Shown here in pieces: positions 53,832-64,000 of a stretch of DNA of 64,000 nucleotides; within the stretch, counting starts at the first letter, position 1, and the number at the start of each line of letters is the position of its first letter. The notes below the pieces were generated by a model that searched no databases, was not told where the DNA came from, and was given only the letters and a program-made list of their open reading frames with translations. The position numbers were made by a program, and so were the translations under genes. The DNA is taken from contig OX597843.1 of NCBI GenBank assembly GCA_951406725.2, positions 17,608,001-17,672,000 on the forward strand, in the 5' to 3' direction. The DNA comes from Octopus vulgaris (lineage: Eukaryota).

Positions 53832-55131
53832 AATTCCTATGTATATGGTAAATATGATGAATGAGCAATAACAAGAAAAAGGAAAATGGTGACATATTTT
53901 CACAAAAGCATTATTTGTTTCACATGTGAAAAGCAAAAGAAGAAACGAAAAGGGTCTTGACGATTCGGATAAAGACTCCTTCGTCAGAATTAAAGAAGGA
54001 TGAGGAAGGAGAAAGATGGTGGTGAGAAGGGAAGAAATATAATATATGTATACTTGAAAATATACATAGATAAATATATATCAACATATAAGGGTAAGAT
54101 CCAAGGATTCCAGTGTAGGACGTTTGTAAGCTTCAAGCAGTCCGTGGGAATTAGGGAAAACAAAATCGGACGGTATACAGCCAGGTACAATGAAAATTTA
54201 ATGGCGTCGAAGGTTACACACTTTTTCCCACATCAAAGTTACGATAAGCTGAAAATGTTTGTATATCTCATGGTCAGCAACTGTGGTGAGTTAACTTGGA
54301 CATTCCAAGCGTCATTGTGACCTTCAGTTAATTAAAGCTGAGTACCCCTCATTGAGAAATTATTACACTGGAGGATCAGCTAGCTAAGAAACCTATGTAA
54401 CCTTGACTTTACCCATTCCACTCCCTCGTTTTAAAATTTTATACAATCATACATACACACATGCATACTTACATACATAGGAATGGCTTCTTTCAGCCCG
54501 GAGAATATAGTACTTGCTCAAAGTGTCACGAAGTGGGACTGAACCTAGAACCATGTGGTTGGTAAACAAACTTCTTACCACAGAGTCACACCTAACCACA
54601 CACACACACACACACACACACTTCACACAGATAATGGATATTTACCTATTTCACTCCAGTTAGCTTACACGTGTTTCCAATAAAATTTTTAATTAAACCC
54701 AATTTCCTATTACAATAATCATATTTATCAATCAATCTATAATCGATCGATTGAATAAAGTAGAGAATGGACCGAACTTTTTCAGAGCTACAGCATACAC
54801 TTGTGGATTGGTTGATCAACATGTTATTATTGTAAAAGAACTAAAAAAAACTCACTTTCTCCAAAATTTTATCAAAAACACGAGTAATGTAACTGGAATA
54901 GGTGAATAAATGTCCATTATCTGTCGACATTTCTTCTATTACTCTGAGACTCCAAACTGATTGTACTTGGTGATCAACATTCGGATTTATTTATTGGACA
55001 GATGACAGTTTGGTCAGTTCGGATTATCTGGATTTCTGTATATATCACTGGGCAAATTCATTAGCCTGGTAAATCTTCCTATAGGAAGAGATTATTATGA
55101 ATTTCTTCCTGATTATTTATCCGTGTTTTTC

Positions 55132-55201
<70 letters not shown>

Positions 55202-55202
<1 letters not shown>

Positions 55203-55716
55203 GTCTGTGGACCATCAAGCATTCATCCCAAACGATAAGCTTGCATCGTGTGAAGACTTCTGCCTGATCGGAGCTGTTACTGATGTTGCGAGTTGGTGTC
55301 TCAGTCTTCGCTAAGTCAATCGGGAGCTTGAAAGTGGAGTGAGCTGTCCTGCCGCCTAGCAACAAAGTAGCCGCAATTCCAGATGATGCCACAGCTAGGG
55401 AAATGCCTTGTGTTCGCCTAATCTCAGCCAATATTAATTTGTTGAGAAAAGTTTTCCCAGTGCCCCTAGGAGCGTCCAGGAAAAATATCCCCACAGCTTT
55501 GGCCCGGACTGAATTAACAACGGAGTTGTAAGCGAACTTCTGTTCTGGAAGGAGCTTTGGCTCATTGTCGGCTATGTACTTGGCAAGCTCATCAACATTA
55601 AAACATGTCTCACGCAGCAAATGTGAAGACAGAGTGTTTGTGCCTTCCCGGTTTGTTGAAGGTAGGCCATAGACCGGCAAGGCACTACCGCCCATATCAA
55701 GTACAGTATCTTCGAA
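55202..55716 (-). pseudogene. Helitron PIF1-like helicase fragment
   Basis: FFLDAPRGTGKTFL (Walker A), AVASSGIAATLLLGGRTAHSTFKLP, CKLIVWDECLM (Walker B); cut off by (TA)n. Confidence 0.92.
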
Positions 55717-56804
55717 CGTAGTTTGTTACCACACAGCCCCTATGTATGTGTGTGTGTGTACGTGAGTGTGTATGGGTAGATATATTATGCATGTTTATAT
55801 GTGTATATATATATATATATGTACATATTACATGTACATCTATATATATATACATCTACACATAAAATACAAAATAGAAAGTTATATCTTGATATCGCTA
55901 GTGATAACAATACTCAAAATATATAACAGACTGGAATTGTAGGCACGTCTCTTGCAATTTCGATCAATTGGATCTTGTATAGAAGTGTACGGCTGCAGCG
56001 AAATTCATTTTTGGACTTTCTTCTACCGAAGGCATTTTAACAAAAATGCTTCCGTAAAGACGGTGAAAATATTGTCAATTTCCCCAAACAGGGACACAAT
56101 TCAATTTTAAAAGAATAACCAAAGCCCCTTCTCCGAAAGGGGGAGGGTTACGATTTACAATTATTTAACAAATGCAACACAACAACGTTTCCCTGACGAG
56201 GAACCAACAAACGTGATTACAATAGTCAAACAGTAATAATAATAACAACAAACCTTTTTAATGTATCCCCATTTATGTGAAATCACTTATTCAAGTTCAA
56301 GTCATTGATGCAATTTTATACGAATTGCTAATACACACACATAATAAGGGTGAAAAATTGAATATTAATTTGATTAATATGAATTGAAAACCAGTGGTGT
56401 AGCATATAAGACCACAGCGGATCTTCTTCTAGCAAAAAGGATGACCAGTATTAATTGCTCATCCCTTTTATATAAATACTTTCACTTTAATTGTTGCACA
56501 CTTGCAAAGAGAAAGGAGGAGAAAGTGTAGTGGTAATGGTAGGAGTGAAGCACTTGAAATGAAAGAGGGAAATGGTGAAATATTTACTTTTCTCGAATTT
56601 TTGCTTAATTGGGGGTGAAATTGAAAAAAACTTTACATGCCACGACCCGATGGAATCTACTTGTAAAAATGATAGGTAAATTCCAATTGAAGAAATTCTA
56701 TATTGTAGAATTGTATAAAAAACAAACGGTTTGGGAGGCAGAGAAAATCTGCCTTTTATCATAAGACTTTTATCATAAGACATATATATAAGATATATAT
56801 CATA

Positions 56805-56852
<48 letters not shown>

Positions 56853-57173
56853 TTACCACGCCTATATATATATATATATAAACTTTGATATACTCTCGCA
56901 AACACAGATATTGAGTTAAATATTGTAAGGACCACGTTTGAGAATTTGCCAATTGACCGAATCACGCACACTTAATTAATTATTAGCAAACCAACCGCAT
57001 GTTTATAAAGTTGGCAGACTAACAAGCAAGAACACATGACTCTAACTGGATACAACATCTAAAACTGAAAGAAATTCATAATAGAATATCAAATTACAAA
57101 CACATACATACGTACATACATACATACATACATACATATATACATACATATATACATACATATATACATACAT

Positions 57174-57254
<81 letters not shown>

Positions 57255-58264
57255 ATTATAAATTAGGGTATCTACGAGATACCACCGTGCTGAAAATAGC
57301 AGCCATGATCTGACTCTAAAACCACCTTAATTGTCCATATTGCAAACACGGAGAGAAGACAGAGACAAGATGAAACTTGTAAAAAATTACTATTAAAAAC
57401 TGGTAAAAAACAAATATATATGTATATATATGCGGTGGTGCCCCAGCATGGCTGCGACCTTCGGGCCAAAACATTTTAAAGGATTTTAAGGATTATATAT
57501 ACATACACACATTTGTTTTATTGTGTTACTTGTTTCAATCGTGTGACTGTGGTCACGCTGGAGCACCACCTTGCAGGATTTTTTAGTCGAGGCATCGACA
57601 CCAGGACTTGTTCTTTGCCTAGTGCGTATTCTATCAGTCTCTTTTGCCGTACCTCTAACGAACGTCGGTTGCTAGGCGATGATTTGAGAGAAACACAAAC
57701 ACACACACATACACAGGACAGTCAGCTTCCGTCTTCCAAATCCAGTCACAAGTCTTTGGTTGGCCTAAGGTTATAGCGGAACACACTTGCCGAATGTGCC
57801 ACGCAGTGGGACTGAGCCAGGAACCATGTGGTTGGGAAGCAAGCTGCGGCTCTTTGCAACTTAAAGTTTCGTAGGCTCGTCAAACAAACTGCTATGAAAT
57901 AATATATATAAACCTTACTAAATGTATTGAGTGCAACATTCGTTCGTTTTTCCACTCTCTCGTACACACACACATACACACATACACGCACAAACACACC
58001 GACACACAAACACGCACATACTTTAATATCGAGAGTTATACCAACCTGGTCAAAAGATCTCACCCATTCGCTTTAGAGTGAGGACCATGTATCGCAATAG
58101 CTTGGGGTTGAAAGGCCCACAGCCATTTGATATTGCGCTAAAACATCTGAAAGTCCTTTAGGAATTGGGTTAGATGTTTTCAAGAAACAACTTGGACCTT
58201 TTGCTGTCCATCGTACTTCTTATATCGTCAGTGACGATATATGATGTGTGTGTGTGTGTGTGTG

Positions 58265-58315
<51 letters not shown>

Positions 58316-58345
58316 AGCAATATGTCAAAGTACCAAATATAACCA

Positions 58346-58992
58346 TACTAGCATTATGACCCGTCGTTGCCGGGTCATATTGCTAGTGCGTGTATATATG
58401 TGTATATATATGTTTACATATTACATGTACATCTATATATATATACATCTACACATAAAATATAAAATTCAAAGTTATATCTTGATATCGCCAGTGATAA
58501 CAATACTGAAAATATATAACAGACTGGAATTGTAGGACTATTCCATTTCTGCACGCTAATTTTATTTTTAATTTATTCCCATTCATGTGAAACCACTTAT
58601 TCAAGTTCAAATCATTGATGCAATTTTATACCAATTGCTATTTTTACTTTTGTATGTTACGATTATATTTTACTTTAGTTTGATTTTAATTATTACTTAC
58701 TATAATTCAATTGTTATTATTATTTTTATTGTTAAAGTGAAAGTATCTGACATAAAATAGAGAAACGTTTTTGTTTCACTTTTAACACGTAATACTGAAA
58801 TAGTGGAGAAGATATGATACTGCTATGGGCTCGCCCTAGGCAAGAAGTTGAACATTTTTTTTGCCCATGAAACTACATGGATCCTAATTAAGGCATGTGT
58901 AAAATTTGAATGAATTGGTTGTGTAGTTCTCAAGTTTTAGGGAAACACACAGACAGACAGACACACATTCTCAGTTTTATATAGAGAGAGAT
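58346..58992. mobile_element. Probable non-autonomous Helitron/Helentron-type element
   Basis: Terminal hairpin CTAGCATTATGACCCG..CGGGTCATATTGCTAG (58348-58385) and end (ACAG)n-ACACACATTCTCAGTTTTATA. Shares two blocks with 55826-56330. Confidence 0.5.
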
Positions 58993-59526
58993 AACAATAA
59001 GCAGTGTAAAAAGAGTTGGTTCTATTACTATAGTGGAGGTGCAATGGCCCAGTGGTTAGAGCAGCGGACTCGCCACTTGCACATTCATTTCACGAGCCGG
59101 CTGTTCCTTTGATTGGATTAACTGGAATGGTCGTTGTTGTAAGCGACGGAGTGCCGTAGTGTTTTATTATAACCGTTTGCACAATAACAGTTCAATACCC
59201 CAACGCGGGAACAATAACGAGACTAACGCTCTCGCTGTTTGACCTCAACTGCCTACCGTCTCATCTATTTATACGACCTGTCGTCCAGTCCATTAACAGT
59301 CACGTGCGGGGGAGTCAGCTCATTCCACAACAGTCCCAGGTGAACCAACATCACAGCAAGAGACTCGGGAAGGCAGCAATGTCACGAAAAGCCAATCGCA
59401 TAAGAATGACCAGTGAAAAGGCGATATCGGTTTGTTTCGAGACACATAAATTATAATGGTTATTGACAATTTTTGTCTTTTTTTCGGCATATTTGGCATT
59501 AGAATTTTTCTTTTGCCCTTATTTTT

Positions 59527-59574
<48 letters not shown>

Positions 59575-59988
59575 CATATATACATACACACGCACTCACA
59601 CACACATATATGTATATGTATATATATATGTATATACATACGCACATATATGTATACGTACACAGACACACACACACACATATATCCACGCGTATATATA
59701 AAATATAAAACCTTAGAAGTGGGGGCTTCATAGTGTTTTCATGTTTACAAGAAATCCCACGATTTCCTCCCAACTTTTTCTGAACAATTTTCAACACATT
59801 TTTTTTCTTTCATTCGAACTCTCGACCTCGCTGACGATTGTTGATAAACACGAAACCGCTGGGGGTTTCAACATTTCTATTTAACTATCTGTTTATATTA
59901 AGGCTCACAATAAGGTATTATGTATCGAGACTATTCCTAGCTGCAGCGTAACCGACAACTATTTTATATACACATAAATATACATACA

Positions 59989-60043
<55 letters not shown>

Positions 60044-60069
60044 GTTTATATATGACCATTCCGAAATAT

Positions 60070-60107
<38 letters not shown>

Positions 60108-60112
60108 GTGTA

Positions 60113-60170
<58 letters not shown>

Positions 60171-60189
60171 CGTGTGTGTGTGTGTGTGG

Positions 60190-60550
60190 CGACGTGCAAT
60201 GGCCCAGTGGTTAGGGTAGCAGACTCACGGTCGTAGGATCGCAGTTTCGATTTCCAGACCGGGCGTTGTGAGTATTTATTCAGCAGAAACACGTCCGGCA
60301 GGGGGTGGTGTCGAACCCTGCTGTACTCTTTCACCACAACTTTCCCCTCTTTCTTCCTGGTTTGGTTGTAGCAGTATTTCAAAGGGCCAGCCTTGTCACA
60401 CCCTTTGTCTCGCTGAATCTCCCAGTCAACTACATTAAGTGTACACGTGTCTGTGGAGTGCTCAGCCATTTGCACGTTAATTTCACGAGCAGAATTATTC
60501 CGTTGATTTGATCAACTGAAACCCACATCGTCGTAAACGACGGAGTGCCA
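60190..60550 (+). mobile_element. Family C SINE, diverged
   Basis: Collinear with 53455-53831. A strongly deleted copy also lies at 59035-59155. Confidence 0.85.
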
Positions 60551-60594
<44 letters not shown>

Positions 60595-60606
60595 GTATAT
60601 ATATAT

Positions 60607-61072
60607 ATATTATTAGTGAATTGAAGAAATGGAGTTGAACGAAGATTGAACAGAATTCCTTTTATTGCATTCTACACATGTTTCAAAAGCCACAATTTTC
60701 CAAATTTTGATTAAATAAGGATACCATATTGTGGCTTTTCTTCAGGAAAAAAATAGGAATTCCGTTGGCAGAACAAAACAGAACAGAGGCGCAGCAAAGC
60801 AATTTGAACGAGGAGGCTCTTTAAGAGCCCATGGCTGAGTTCAGCCCATGGCTGAGTTCAGCCTCTTCGTTCAAATTGCTTTGCTGCGCCTCTGTTCTGT
60901 TTTGTTCTGCCAACGGAATTCCTATTTTTTTCCTGAAGAGAAAGCCACAATATGGTCTCCTTATTTAATCAGAATTTGGAAAATTGTGGCTTTTGAAACA
61001 TGTGTAGAATGCAATAAAAGGAATTCTGTTCAATCTTCGTTCAACTCCATTTCTTCAATTCACTAATAATAT
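60607..61072. repeat. Near-perfect foldback palindrome with ~212 bp arms and a hammerhead-like motif in each arm
   Basis: 60607-60818 versus 60860-61072 differ at only a handful of positions. 41 bp spacer with a 17 bp tandem duplication. Confidence 0.95.
60930..61009 (+). ncRNA. Type-I hammerhead-like motif with long stem II
   Basis: TTC-CTGAAGA-GAAAGCCACAAT(31 nt loop)ATTGTGGCTTTT-GAA-ACATGTGT-A-GAA; mirrored on the minus strand at ~60670-60748. Confidence 0.55.
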
Positions 61073-61221
61073 TAAAATTCAATTATCCGCACCAACGCAC
61101 GGTTGCAACACCAAATGGTTTTATCTCCAGCCGTGCTTTATTCTGCTGTGATTTTTGCTACCAAGGTATCGGTTAAACTTTTGATTAATCTGCAACGAGA
61201 TTATTCATCTTTCTATTTTAC

Positions 61222-61256
<35 letters not shown>

Positions 61257-61640
61257 TCTTTTACTCTTTTACTTGCTTCAGTCATTTGACTGCGGCCATG
61301 CTGGAGCACCGCCTTTAGTCGAGCAAATCGACCCCGGGACTTATTCTTTGTAAGCCTAGTACTTATTCTATCGGTCCCTTTTGCCGAACCGCTAAGTTAC
61401 GGGGACGTAAACACAACACCATCGGTTGTCAAGCAATGCTAGAGGGACAAACACAGACACACAAACATACACACACACACACATATATACATATATACGA
61501 CAGGCTTCTTTCAGTTTCCGTCTACCAAATCCACTCACAAGGCATTGGTCGGCTCGGGGCTATAGTAGAAGACACTTGCCCAAGATGCCACGCAGTGGGA
61601 CTGAACCCGGAACCATGTGGCTGGTAAACAAGCTACTTAC
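61257..61640 (-). mobile_element. Family B SINE, full length
   Basis: Collinear with the family B consensus. Confidence 0.9.
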
Positions 61641-61660
61641 CACACAGCCACTCCTGCGCC

Positions 61661-61692
<32 letters not shown>

Positions 61693-61948
61693 ATAACAAA
61701 ATAATATATAAAACATATGCATATACACAATGAGAAATGAAAACATAAAGACAAAAACATGGAAACGAACTTTTTTTCATACAACGGAAAAACAGAGTAC
61801 AAGACATACAACACACGGAACATTCCCCTTCTTCATATATGTATGTATGTGTGTGTGTATATATATATGTAAGAATGTATGTATAATGTACATGTATATA
61901 CATAATATATATATATATATATATATATGTAAGTATGCATGTATCATG

Positions 61949-61979
<31 letters not shown>

Positions 61980-62015
61980 GTAAGTATGCACGTATAATGT
62001 ATATATATATGTATC

Positions 62016-62375
62016 GGCGCAGGCGTGATTGTGTGGTAGGAAGCTTGGCACCTTGGGCAAGTGTCTTCTACTAAAGCCTCGGGCCGACCAAAGCCTTGTG
62101 AGGGATTTGGTAAGCGGAAACTGAAAGAAGCCTGTCGTATATATATATATATATATATATATGTATTTATGTGTGTGTCTCTGTGTCTATTTGTCTTCCA
62201 TCATCACTTGACAACCTATGTTGGTGTGTTTACGTCCTCGTTCGGCAAAAGAGACCGATAGAATAAGTACTGGGCTTACAAAGAATAAGTCCTAGGGTCG
62301 ATTTGTTCGACGAAAAAGTGGTGCTCCAGTATGGCCACAGTCATATTACTGAAACAAGTAAAGGAATGAAAGAAT
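62016..62375 (+). mobile_element. Family B SINE with deletion in the head
   Basis: Collinear apart from the missing B-box segment. Confidence 0.85.
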
Positions 62376-62736
62376 AATATATATATACATATATACATAT
62401 ATTTTATTTATTTATTATTTTTTATTCCATCTAGTTTCATCTCACGAGCTGTGGCCGCGCTGGGGCACCGGCATTATATATATACATACACACATACATG
62501 TGTGATGTGTGTACATACATATCACGGTATGGTATTGATCAGACTATCGGTTGATTCAGATGTTGTTATACACCACTGATCACAATGCGCTTCCTCGTCG
62601 TGTTGTAGCTTTCGAATGCTACGCTTTTCCACTGCCGAGCAACTTGAAATGAAGGGCTGAGTTCGCCGGTCTGAGACTCGAAACCGCAATCATACGATCG
62701 TCAGTGCGACACACCTTGGTTGCTAAAGCACGCGAC

Positions 62737-62771
<35 letters not shown>

Positions 62772-62788
62772 ACACACACACACACACT

Positions 62789-62819
<31 letters not shown>

Positions 62820-62847
62820 CCATGCACTCACATAGCAAAGGTAAACA

Positions 62848-63068
62848 TTACCTTGTCGAGCCATGAGGGCCAGTTTCCATGGCGTATATATCTCCCACCT
62901 GGACGGGACGCCAGTCACTCGCAGGAAAACTCATTTCTGCCGGTTGAACGGACTGAAGCAAAGTGAAATGAAGTGTTTCGATGAAGAATACAAAGCGTCG
63001 CCCGGTCCAAGAATCGAAACCACAATCTTACTCTCACAAGTCCAACACTGTACCCACCAAGCCACGCG
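62848..63068 (-). mobile_element. Old tRNA-derived SINE with a V-domain-like motif
   Basis: Minus strand has a GTTTCGATTC B-box and GACTGGCGTCCCGTCCAGG, resembling the conserved V-SINE core. Confidence 0.5.
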
Positions 63069-63275
63069 TGTTCACACATACACACACTTGTGTGGGGGCG
63101 TGGGAGAGGTGAGTCGGAGGTTAACGTGTGGATATGCGCGCTTGTAATCTATAAACTAGAAGCCTTTCGGCGTTTCCAGTCCTCGATTTGTCGCAGACAC
63201 CAACGCGTTGGACAGGTGGCGGAATTTAGGAACCTACTCATACGCAGCACCACGTGTGTACGTATACTAGTGTGT

Positions 63276-63324
<49 letters not shown>

Positions 63325-63392
63325 CTTACACACAATCATATATTTGTATATAAATATGTGTATTTTTGCATATAATGTATATATATATATAT

Positions 63393-63437
<45 letters not shown>

Positions 63438-63483
63438 GCATGTATGTATGCATTTATGTATGTATGTATACATTTGTGTATGC

Positions 63484-63515
<32 letters not shown>

Positions 63516-63622
63516 ATGTGTGTATGTATGAATGTATGTATGTATACATTTGTGTATGCATTTATATATATATATATGTATGTATGAATGTATGTATGTA
63601 TGTATGTATGTATGCATACATT

Positions 63623-63690
<68 letters not shown>

Positions 63691-63941
63691 TTTGTATATA
63701 TGTATGTATATTTAGGTACATTAATGTTCAAAGAACGAAAAACAAATGCATCTTGTTACCAATTTGTCAAACGAGTTGTAAGGCCCGTGGCGTCTAGAAA
63801 GAGAGTAATTGCTGTTGAACGGCCACCTATATATATACATGCATACAAACACATACATACATAAATACATAAGGGATGTTACATACTGTCGTCCATGTAT
63901 ATTTCCACGCGTGCATATATGTATGCGTTTGTAAATGTGCA

Positions 63942-63984
<43 letters not shown>

Positions 63985-64000
63985 GTGTGTGTGTGTGGTG

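Noticed and set aside
55135-55695. Cellular PIF1 helicase exon
   Set aside because: The motif style (FFLDAPxGTGKTF, IVWDE) is Helitron-type, the fragment is truncated by (TA)n, and no clear splice structure is visible.
59160-59425. Possible LTR fragment (reverse TATA-like CTATTTATAC)
   Set aside because: No TG...CA termini, PBS, PPT or second copy in the window.
59831-59869. Hammerhead-like CTGACGA-TTGTT(GATA)AACAC-GAAAC
   Set aside because: The first stem II pair is mismatched and stem I cannot form. It may be a decayed copy, but I cannot support it.

Overview
Repeat-saturated animal genomic DNA with no host protein-coding gene I can support. The extreme (TA)n/(TACA)n/(CA)n/(TAA)n microsatellite load and the tRNA-derived SINE families point to a coleoid cephalopod, most likely Octopus; this is recognition-based inference, not a database result. 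It is probably a large intron or an intergenic region. Nearly all long ORFs in the track are microsatellite artefacts. The recognisable protein signal comes from decayed transposons: mariner (four loci), Tc1, a Helitron PIF1-like helicase, Penelope GIY-YIG/RT, Tx1/L1-like RT, an RTE-like 3' end and R4/Dong-like REL endonuclease ends. The most interesting layer is non-coding. (1) More than ten minimal type-I hammerhead-ribozyme-like motifs from about six unrelated sequence families sit in short elements, most abutting (TA)n tracts. (2) Several 100-210 bp foldback palindromes are present, two of which carry a hammerhead motif in each arm. (3) One SINE forms head-to-tail multimers with the same junction at independent loci. 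(4) A ~550 bp non-coding element is confined to (TAA)n tracts. (5) Short GC-rich unique islands between CAC/GTG triplet tracts look like cis-regulatory elements. Coordinates were read by eye and may be off by a few bases.
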